In this document: positions 27,101 through 39,100 of the stretch, piece after piece
Position numbering within the stretch: the first letter of the stretch is position 1
How the letters are laid out: the number at the start of each line of letters is the position of its first letter
Origin: Perna viridis
Taxonomy: Eukaryota
Length of the DNA: 64,000 bases
Direction: 5' to 3'
Assembly: GCA_037379345.1 (NCBI GenBank)
Contig: CM074518.1
Coordinates: 44,791,586 to 44,855,585 of the forward strand
Position numbers and translations under genes: made by a program
Notes under the pieces: generated by a model
Told to the model about the DNA's origin: nothing
Databases searched by the model: none
Seen by the model: the letters and a program-made list of their open reading frames with translations, nothing else

Positions 27101-30100
27101 ACAATCAAGGGGTAGGTTAATACTGGATAAAGATTTATGTAACTGATGACCATTCTACAGATAGTTGTCAATAACCTAACTAACTACATGTTACATTAGA
27201 ACTACATGTACATACAAATCCTGCCAGTACATACACCCTTTATACCCTGTACATTTCATTCCAAAATAATTAATTACAATACATTATTTATCGTCTGTTT
27301 CTTTTACCCCGGACTTGACTTTTTATGAGCAACTCAGCGGGTGTTTCTAAAAAAAGCAGAGGACCCTTACCCTACCGGTGCACCTGGTCCATGTTCCCAG
27401 TTTTTAGTGGAGTCCGGGTTGCTCATTTGCTTTTGTTACTTTGTATGTATGATTTTAGTTACTTTATGTTCTTTGTTGTGTGTGTCTGTTTTTCATGTCT
27501 GGTCTTTGTCCCTGGATTACATTCTTTTGATTACCGCTATAACCTTGGTTCCCTTGATTACTCTCTTATCCAAAGTGTATTTAAAAAAAAAATGTGTATT
27601 ATCTATAAGAACCCTATTGTTCCCTCTTGTTTCCTGATTTTATCCATCTTATGATCTATGAAAGCTATAAACATTGGCCATACTGTATTCCTGACTTATC
27701 ACCTGAAAATCCCAGGATCATTCCTCCACTATGTCTACAGCAACACTGACCTTAACTTAATGGATCCCTGGAGACACTACTTTATAAAATGACCTTATTA
27801 TAGGGTTTAATCTTATTACATGAAAAGTTGGAAACTACAGAGACAGAAATATACTAATGAACACCAGACAAAAGAAAATAATGTGTCTTCTACATATGTA
27901 CAATGTAATATTATTTCATATTTCAATACTTGCTTGACAGTTCCTCCTAGGTCCATTCCTAATGTTCAGAATGTGTGGCATTTTTAGATGTGATGTTTTC
28001 ATTGGATGTGCAAGATATACTCTAGTCCATAAAATTGGCCAGTCCCTAAGCAGCAATTATTATTTAGACTACAAAGACCTTGTGTCAATAGATTATAAAA
28101 TTTTGTCATACTAAAATGTCAACACTTTTCCATATGCAAGTGTCAATTTAGAAAATCTGAATACATTATCATCTTAAATTGTATATGGAATCAATAAGTG
28201 AGTCAATGGACTAGAGAGAAAAGTGAAATATGATGGTCTTTATTGAATAATACAAGCTGCAATAAAATCACCATAAAACTACAGCTGTTTGCTTAATATT
28301 TAGGAAAATCCCTTATATGGAAACAATGATATTTCAAGTATCATATTTGTTGTTTCCAGTAAGAATGAATAATGATATAACAATTTTACTGGATACTTTT
28401 TCATCACAATGCATTTTCATTTATCACATTTTATTATTTCTTATGTCAGTTGCTATAAAATGTTGTGATTTCCTGTTGGATATCAAAAAAACATATAACT
28501 TTGTCTTCTACTGAACAATAAAAAGGTGATTTTTTCCACCTGTCCAGTACTCGTCAAAAATAAATTTGTCAAATTTGTTGACAAATGTTGACACGATTAA
28601 GAGGCTCCCCCTGGAGGTGACAAAGAAGATGAATTAGGCAGATAAATAAATCAGATATCATGTTATACAGACAGTGATAGTATTATCTCCTTCAGTATCA
28701 TATATTATCTGTAGTAGGATCACTTGTAAATGATAGAACCATAACTTCTGGTTTAGTTACCAATCATATTATTTGTTTTACCATTTTTACAATGTATCAC
28801 CATAGGTTATTGTCAGAAGATGCAAAATACAATGTTAGATATAAATAGTAAAAATTACAATATGAAGTAAAATTTGCATTTCCTTCATTTACATGCTAAA
28901 TCAGGAAGGGACACAAAATCTGTACTTTGTAGTAACTGCTTCTTGTTTCTATCTACCTGTATTTACCAATCTGAAATGTGTTCCAGACACATGTGTTGTA
29001 AGCATGTGATAAAAAAAACAATTGAATCTTATCACATTCTTCAATATCTTACAAAACCTTCATTGCTAACAGAAACAGAAAATAATCACTAGAGAATTTG
29101 AATTGTTTCCAAGGAATTAGGTGAAGCAAACTACCTAAGCTTAGCTACAAATTTGCCAAGTTAAACAGTTTGTAAGAAATAAATGATACATCTGTCCATA
29201 CCCATCATGATATGTGATTTAAATGATCACTTTTTCATCAAACCTCAACAATTCTTAAATAAAATATCTTAATAATGTTGACCAAATCTGAAGGTTTCCA
29301 AGTCCTAGTTATAAGACTGAACTTGATTTGAATTGACTTGATTTCAAAATGGGCAAACCAAGTCTAGATGTCGCCACAGATTTTCTTGTAATAATGAAAT
29401 ATAGCATTAAAAATCTAACTTAGCAGTAACACAAATAAATTGATCCTCGTTCAAATGCAAATGAGAACAAATTTTCCTGAAGTAGAATTCATTTAACAGT
29501 CACCAGTTAATTGCCAAAGATTGCTGCTGGTACCTAAAATTAAAAGCAAATCTGACAATCAGAGACTGAAAACTATGTTAAATACAGTTCTATAAAGCGG
29601 GAATTTATATTACACAATTAGCTTCATTCTTATACCATGGGAAGGGGACTACACGAGCCAATAAATCCTGTGCAAAGGTAAAGGGGGACACCACCACAGT
29701 GTTCTAGGATTTTTCAGAAATTGAGGTTTACTCTGGAAAAATCCATATAAAATCAACTATCCCACACTCAATGACTGCTTTCCCAACAAAACAAATCCTT
29801 ACAGCATACGAGGTTTTCAACTTGCCACGGGAAAGTGTAAGTAAGTACCTAACTTTCCCTGACCCAAAATTCACTTCCCCCGGGTAACAGGAAATAGGAA
29901 TCCTGGAACACTGCACCAGTTGTTATAGACTACACAGGCCCATAAAGCCTGTTCAAAGAAAAGGGGACACCACCAGTTGTTAGAGACTACACAGGCCCAT
30001 AAAGCTTGTTCAAAGGAAAGGGGGGACACCACCACTTTGTTAGAGACTACACAGGCCCATACAGCATGTTCAAAGGAAAGGGGGGAGGGGAGACCACCAA

Positions 30101-33100
30101 TTGTTAGGGACTATACAGACCCATACAGCCAGTTCTAAGGAAGAGGTGGGAGGGGAGACCACCCATTGTTAGGGACTATACAGACCCATACAGCCAGTTC
30201 AAAGGAAGAGGTGGGAGGGGACACCAACCAATTGTTAGGGACTATACAGACCTATACAGCCAGTTCAAAGGAAGAGGGACGAAACACCTCCAGTTGCAAT
30301 GTACTGTCATTATATGAGTAAAGGTTAGAATCCTCCCTTACCTTATACAATGTTCACAGGTAAACATGTTGATATTGAAGAGACTGCAACTTAGATCTTT
30401 AATGATCCATATTACCACATATATACTTTTCAAACAATTTTATTTTTAATTCAAACTGTATGTTTAGGAAATAACCAACTTCCTTTTGATAAATCTGTAA
30501 AATATTTTGGCAATCATTAACATAAGTAATTAAATTCCATTTCTAAAATAATGCTAATTTCATGTACTAATTTATCATATTTGACACCAAAGTTTTCAAA
30601 ATACAGTGAAATTATTCAAATCACATTTTACAACAAGCATTATACATGATTATGTACACCACTATGAGTTCTGTGTGTGAAATATCTGTAAGAATTCAAT
30701 GCTTCATTCAAAAAAACATATAAACAATAAAATATACATTCTCCTTACATTTAAGTATTCCTGGATATAAGATGTAATCCATGAGTGTAAAAAATGTTGG
30801 GACGCCAGGTACATGTACATACATCTACAAATATATGTACATGTAGATGGTTCTTTTTCTTGGTTCTCATTAGCTATTAGAACAGTTTCTAATTCTCAAT
30901 ACGTTTCAGGTATTCAGCAAGTTGCTTTAGATACATGTATGCCTATATCATCAGAATATGACAAATATTACACCCATCACCCATGTCCTTTGACATTAAT
31001 TTATGCTGACAGTTGTGAAAACATGATCATATTTAGTACTGCTACTGATTTACATGTACACAAATATTTGCACCTGCATCCTAACAAGGAAACTATCAAC
31101 ATACATTTTGGTAGTGTTTCTCACGTACTTCAAGTACATGAATAAAGTGAAAAAGTGTACATAGAACATCCCTATTCTGTACTGCAACCTGTTTAATGTA
31201 CATGTACATGTGTACATTCATAATATTTTCATAGTAAGTTCATAATATTTTTACCACTATTCCATTTTCACAAAGCATTTATACCCCCTCTTTTTAGGAG
31301 TATGTCAATATGTTCATCCCTGCCCCCTTTTAACAATATGTTCTTCCCTGCCCCTTTTTAACAATATACTAACACCTTCCCCCTTTTGACAATATGTTCA
31401 TCCCTGCCCCTTTTTAACAATATGCTAACACTTTCCCCCTTTTAACAATATTTCCATCCCTGCCCCCTTTTGACAATATGTTCATCCCTGTCCCCTTTTG
31501 ACAATGAATAGAAAGGTTATGTACATGTATATATGTTTTCTTTGTAGCCAAGATTGTTCAAACTATAGATTCCAAGTTTTAAAAATGCACTCTTCTTATT
31601 TTTATTCATTACACACAGAGAATCTTTAAAAGATGGTGTAAAACACAAGACAAATGTTATTTTCAAGTTTTGCTTGAACAACATCATGTAATTTCCTACA
31701 ATTTATTTATGGATGATCTTTAGTACTATTTAACATGAAATCAACTCATAACTTTCTCTAAAATAGCTGCAGTATCAATTCACCTGTACAGAGAGTATCA
31801 AGTTTTTATACTTTAGGTTTTAGAACCAATCATTAAGAAATTAAGGCAATCTTTATTATAATACTGCATGTCTATTTATACAATACATTCCATGTAGAAG
31901 ATTTAAGTAGTGAAAATTACAAAAAAAAATAAACAATAAAACAGATGGAAAAAAAGGATAAATTGAGGGTCAGTACATGTAAACTACCCAAATATTGGAC
32001 ATTAGATATTTGCATATCAAAAAAACAGAAAGGCCTAGAATGTCATCTCTTCCTTGTAAACACAACAAATTCTAATTGCCATAATTGGTCTTCCTTTATA
32101 TGACCTACATGTATGTCTAAAACCCTGGATTCATCAATGATTAATCTGCATTTTGAACATTGAATTCTTGTAAGTGTAACTATAACCACGACCAAAGGAC
32201 TAGGCAAGACATTAATTATACTTTGTTTACAGTCGAACTATAACCATGACCAAGGAACTAGCCAGAACATTAATTAGACCTTGTTTATAGTGTAATTATA
32301 ACCATGACCAAAGAACTAGCCAGAACATTAATTAGACCTTGTTTATAGTGTAATTATAACCATGACCAAAGAACTAGCCTGAACATTAATTAGACCTTGT
32401 TTATAATGTAATTATAACCATGACCAAAGGACTAGGCAGAACATTAATTAGACCTTGTTTATAGTGTAACTATAACCATGACCAAGGAACTAGCCAGAAC
32501 ATTAATTAGACCTGGTTTATAATGTAACTATAACCATGACCAAAGTACTAGGCAGAACATTAATTAGACCTTGTTTATAGTGTAATTATAACCATGACCA
32601 AGGAACTAGCCAGAACATTAATTAGACCTTGTTTATAGTGTAATTATAACCATGACTAAGGAACTAGCCAGAACATTAATTAGACCTTGTTTATAGTGTA
32701 ACTGTAACCATGACCAAAGGACTAGCCTGAACATTAATTAGACCTTGTTTATAGTGTAACTGTAACCATGACCAAAGGACTAGCCTGAACATTAATTAGA
32801 CCTTGTTTATAGTGTAACTGTAACCATGACCAAGGAACTAGCCTGAACATTAATTAGACCTTGTTTATAGTGTAACTGTAACCATGACCAAAGGACTAGC
32901 CTGAACATTAATTAGACCTTGTTTATAGTGTAATTATAACCATGACCAAAGGACTAGCCAGAACATTAATTAGACCTTGTTTATAGTGTAACTGTAACCA
33001 TGACCAAGGAACTAGCCAGAACATTAATCAGACCTTGTTTATAGTGTAACTATAACCATGACCAAGGAACTAGGCAGAACATTAATTAGACCTTGTTTAT

Positions 33101-36100
33101 AGTGTAACTGTAACCATGACCAAAGGACTAGACAGAACATTAATTAGACCTTGTTTATAGTGTAATTATAACCATGACTAAGGAACTAGCCTGAACATTA
33201 ATTAGACCTTGTTTATAGTGTAATTATAACCATGACCAAGGAACTAGCCAGAACATTAATTAGACCTTGTTTATAGTGTAACTATAACCATGACCAAGGA
33301 ACTAGCCAGAACATTAATTAGACCTTGTTTATAGTGTAACTGTAACCATGACCAAAGGACTAGGCAGAACATTAATTAGACCTTGTTTATAGTGTAACTA
33401 TAACCATGACCAAGGAACTAGCCTGAACATTAATTAGACCTTGTTTATAGTGTAACTGTAACCATGACCAAAGGACTAGGCAGAACATTAATTAGACCTT
33501 GTTTATAGTGTAATTATAACCATGACCAAGGAACTAGCCAGAACATTAATTAGACCTTGTTTATAGTGTAACTATAACCATGACCAAGGAACTAGCCTGA
33601 ACATTAATTAGACCTTGTTGATAGTGTAACTGTAACCATGACCAAAGGACTAGGCAGAACATTAATTAGACCTTGTTTATAGTGTAACTATAACCATGAC
33701 CAAGGAACTAGCCTGAACATTAATTAGACCTTGTTGATAGTGTAACTGTAACCATGACCAAAGGACTAGGCAGAACATTAATTAGACCTTGTTTATAGTG
33801 TAACTATAACCATGACCAAGGAACTAGGCAGAACATTAATTAGACCTTGTTCATAGTGTAACTGTAACCATGACTAAGGAACTAGCCAGAACATTAATTA
33901 GACCTTGTTTATAGTGTAACTGTAACCATGACCAAAGGACTAGACAGAACATTAATTAGACCTTGTTTATAGTGTAATTATAACCATGACCAAGGAACTA
34001 GCCAGAACATTAATTAGACCTTGTTTATAGTGTAACTGTAACCATGACCAAAGGACTAGGCAGAACATTAATTAGACCTTGTTTATTTGTTGTTGTTTCT
34101 TGTACATGTATATTACATTTGTAGGTGGTCCTTCAGCTACATGTTGATCAAATCTATTTCGTGACATCTTTCCACCATGAAGTAGAATTGACAGGACTAA
34201 TGACACATTTTAGGCTTGCAAAATTAAACCCTAACTCTACTGGTATAAAAACAGGTGATTTTGTCATGCAAACTGATATAAATCTACAGTCGTAATTCAT
34301 TCCCTTTTCCTTGTATAAATTTCAAATCGATTCATTTCAGTCAAAGGGCTTTTAATGTTTAAATATATCCATGGACTTTACCATTGATCTATACAAATGC
34401 AGGAATGATAAATAGTTGAGTAGAAGCATTACTAATTTTCCATAGTTTATGGTTTTCTTTTGTTGCAGTCAAGTTAGCTTTAAATGTTCACATTACTCTA
34501 AGGTTCTTGTACCAGAAAATTTGGTTGTTGAGTAATTTTAACTTTAAAAAGCACATTTTAGAAAGATACAGATCAATTCTGAAAAAGAATACCATCCAAC
34601 ATTTTAACTCTGTTTCTGCTTTTGCATAAGCCTGCGATCACTAACTAACCAGAATGTACATGTATAATGGAGAAGATATTCATCCAGTTTGACCCTAACT
34701 AACCCCTACCCACCCACTATATTCAGCCCAAGGGCTTTATATGTTTTCATCCCTTTCAAGTGTTTTTTCAGTGAAAGTATGTACCAATTTATAGTCTAAC
34801 ACATGCCTTTTTTACGACTAGACATGCATTTAGCCTGAGGTTCTGAAAGTAATGTTCAGTGATTATCTGACTATAAACATACATTGTGATTAAGATGTCT
34901 GAAGACACAGGAGGACAAAATTAAACATTAATAAATGATACTGCATTGATAGCATATACATGTACATTTATATATAGGACCAGGTATTGTCTGCTGACAC
35001 AGGACTAAGTATGTGAAGAATACAGCAATGATAAAATGTACATGTAACATAGGACCAGGTACTGTCTGCCCACACAAGAATAACTACATAAAGAATACAG
35101 CAATGATAAAATAGGACCAGGTATTGTCTGCTGACACAGGACTAAGTACATGAAGAATACAGCAATGATAAAATGTACATATAACATAGGACCAGGTACT
35201 GTCTATCCACACAAGAATAACTACATAGAGAATACAGTAATGATAAAATAGGACCAGGTATTGTCTGCTAACACAGGATTAAGTACATGAAGAATACAGC
35301 AATGATAAAATGTATATATAGAATAGGACCAGGTATTGTCTGCTGACACAGGATTAAGTACATGAAGAATACAGCAATGATACATTTTTTGTACCATATA
35401 GGACCAGACATTGTCTGCTGATTAAAACTTGACTGACCATCATTTTGAATCATTAACAGTAACAAGATTCAACTACTCTTAGGGAAGAAATTTTAGCTAA
35501 TGAGGCCTAATATTGAAGAAATAGTGACTCATTCAATATTTTATAGTTTCAAAGAAGACAGCCAAATCAAATACGGCAAATTATCATGGAATAAAACAGA
35601 AAATTCCATGGAGAAAACACACACACACTAATATCCCTTGGAGGTCATACAGAAAATTCCATGGAGAAAACACACACACACTAATATCCCTTGGAGCTCA
35701 ATTTAATGAGACCTATAATTAAATGTTTAGTGACAGTTTTAAATGGTCTAAGCAGTAATTACAACATTCTACAATGTACAGAATTAACACCATTCTTTTA
35801 CCCCATCAAGAATAAGTCCAAAAGGCTCTTTATACCTTATGTTTACCAAGCCAATGATATAGGGTTACAATTCATGCTTGATGTTGACTGGTGCAGCTTT
35901 TGTATTAAATTTTTCTGAAGGATTAAACTTATGAAGTGATTGTTCGATGTTGAAAACAAACTTGATGATTATTAGTGTTTGAGTGCTCTGTCAACAAAAA
36001 GGTGTGAGTTCAATACATAGACAAATTAAGTTTCAGTTAACAGTATGGGCATGATTGTGAATTAATTCCGTAAATTTAAATATAGATTTTCGCAAGAGTC

Positions 36101-39100
36101 TGTATAATCTAAGTTAGCATTTTTGCATATTCTTCCATCTGTTGCTATGGTTTCACTTTTAAAAAGTTAAAAGAATTAATGTTTTAATACATAACATATA
36201 AGACTTCAAGGCCTATGGAGTTTGTCATTGTTTGAAGTAGCACAAATTTCTGTTTAGTTTTTGGCAACAAGATGAATGATAATTTGTTCAGTTTTTGTAA
36301 CATGAAACAATTTAAGGGAGGTGCTTGAACAGTACAGTTTGCAGCATAATCTGATAAATATGAGGTACATAAAATGTCATATACATGTATGATTTCAATA
36401 CCTGGTGTACACATACACAGTGTACCTGGCATATGAATCCAAGTTTTTTTTGTGCTCACTGTATCAGAAAAAAGTATTCCATTTTACCAATTAAACAGTG
36501 GAGAAGAAACTTGATATGATACATGAACCTTCAGCTGCAAAATAATTTCTTTCAGAGTCATTTCAACATATTTGTTCAATCTTTTAAAAATTAAAAACAG
36601 AGCTGGTGAAAACTAAATTCTCAGAAGATCCCATTTGTTCATCAGTAACCCCAAGCATTCACTTTTAGGTCATTAAGCAGTGAAATATTCACTAATGACA
36701 CCATAATCCTTTCAGAAAGTTGAAATTATTCTATCAACAACTGTGACAAAGAAGTAATAAGGTAAAAGTTCCTATTGACAAAATTAGTGTCTTTACTTTA
36801 ATCTGTAGGATCATGATGACAGATAAAGGGGAGATTACTCCACAGTACCCTTTCATAGTATTAAATATTGTAACTTCAACATAGTTCCCATTCTTCACTG
36901 AATTAAAAATGAATATGAAAGTACAAATGTACATACTGTGAAAGTACTTTAATTCATGGATACTAATTTTCGTGGATTAGGGAAGAAACACAAGTTCATC
37001 GATTCTTGAATTCAAGGTTTTGAGGTTTTCAGTATATACATCAATGGGATTTTTCTTTTTGTTGGGAACCAAATTTCGTGGTTTGGCCTACCCATGAAAA
37101 CCACGAAAATTGGTATCCCATGAACAATAGTACTTTCACAGTATATGGTTTCATTAGTAAGATTTAAGACTGTCAAGGAGTAAGAGTTAAGCTCAACAAG
37201 TTTTGACAGAATTATAATCCAGGCATTAGGGTGATCATTTTAGTAATTAGGATAGCCACATACATGTAATGTCAAGTTTTAAGAAAAAAAGTATATGAAA
37301 ATACATATAAACACCTCTGCACAGTAATACATGTACATGCATCAATAGACAAACAAAAGTACACTCTGTAACATGAACACAAAAGAAAACCAACACACAT
37401 CGTACATGTAGACCTGACAAGAAAGAAGGAATGCCTTGAGAATATAGAATATAAAATACATCATAAATTCCCATTCCCCATCAACAAATGAAATGCTTAA
37501 TTTAATTCTAGCAAGCTGCCATTTCAGTCATTCTCGCTACATTCCTGCCGATTTCTCAACAAACTGTAAGAATTCCCAAGTTGCATGAATTCTCATTATC
37601 TTGTAATAATCTTACTGTGAGAGCAACACGCTATGTTTATTTTTTGCCAATTCTAAAAAAACGTCTAATTAGATGGTCCACTGCATTTGTCTAAGAATTT
37701 ACTGCATTACCAATGTAATTTAAATGAACTAGACTGACACATGGTAAACAAAACTTAACTCAACCCTTCAGAAAAAAATATTAAAAACAATGCATAAATC
37801 AGGGCTAATTAGTATATACAAAATGTATTGCTTCAGAAAATTTTCAGAAGAAAAGTTGTCAGATAATGGTGATAAAGGTTTTTTTTGCTTTTCCTTTTGA
37901 AACACTGAAGACAAGTGACAAGTACATGTTTAATTTAAAAAACAAATACAGAATTCTAACAAACTCGGGTCAATCCCAGAAAACTGCCTGAATTATTATA
38001 CATGTTTATTTAATCTTTGGGTTGAACTGTAAAGCCTATCATTCTAATGAAGATCAAATACGGAACATAATTTGTCACAGTCAAGTATGAAATAAAAACC
38101 TTGTCAAAGCATTACAGTAGAAATGATTGATCTCAATTTTGTGGTTTTTGTTTAAAAAAATGAAATCTCCACTTTACAAAGCAAACTAATCTGAAGTTAC
38201 CATTGTTGCAACATAAGATCTACAATTCACAATGAAAACTCATTTTAAGGCTCCCAGACAGATAACATGAAACTATAATTACTTTTCAGTCCAGATAAAA
38301 TTCTCTCTTTGTCAAAGCCTACACTGAGGATTTTAATGACTTTTATTCAGAGGTGTAACAAGAAACCCTAACACAGGTACAACTCCATGTTTGTTTGGAT
38401 AGAGAACTTTTTCAATAAGAAGTAAATGAGTTTTATGAAACTAAATCTTTAACAAACCAGTTGACCTATACTGAAATCTTTAAATAAAATTATGTAAAGT
38501 GTTGACATCTTAATTGTGTTGTCCTTACATTAATTTCTGCATTTTATAAAAGGAAAATAATCAAAAAGTATGGCAAGCAGAAAGCAGTAAGATTTCAATC
38601 ATTTCAAACCAAATTAACCATAGAACAGATGTGTAAAATAATCCTCAAGTTCAAACTCTTAAATCAGCATTGTGTTCAGATAAAACTTCTCTTGTAGAAA
38701 AAAGTTTCTAAAATATTTTGTTTAATTCTATAGAAATGTATCAATACCCATTTAAGACTAACATTACAAGTATATGAATATTGTACAAGAGTTGACTTGC
38801 TGTTTTTTCTCTAAGAATTATATCTAATACTGTACAGTTTACTTCCATAAAGTCTTAAAAGCATAACCTATATATTTTCCATTCTTCCTTAAAAGATTAT
38901 CTATTTCTACACAGAAAAAACTTTCTCTATCCTTCGGCATAAAACACAACAATTATGACAATAAGCAAGTCAAAATACTGAAATAGAGGCAGCTACATTG
39001 TACATGTATGATCGTCATGATACATGTACATTTATTTAAATGGAATTCACAAGACTTTAACAAGAATAATGTTCTAAATGTATTTCAATCAATAGATAAC

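Noticed and set aside
27325-27426. SECIS element in the Penelope-like 3' UTR
   Set aside because: The ATGA is Watson-Crick paired with TCAT rather than forming the GA/GA quartet, and the enclosed region is multibranched.
32173-34086. Possible CRISPR-like array
   Set aside because: Units are contiguous near-identical repeats with no unique spacers, in a eukaryotic intron with no cas genes.
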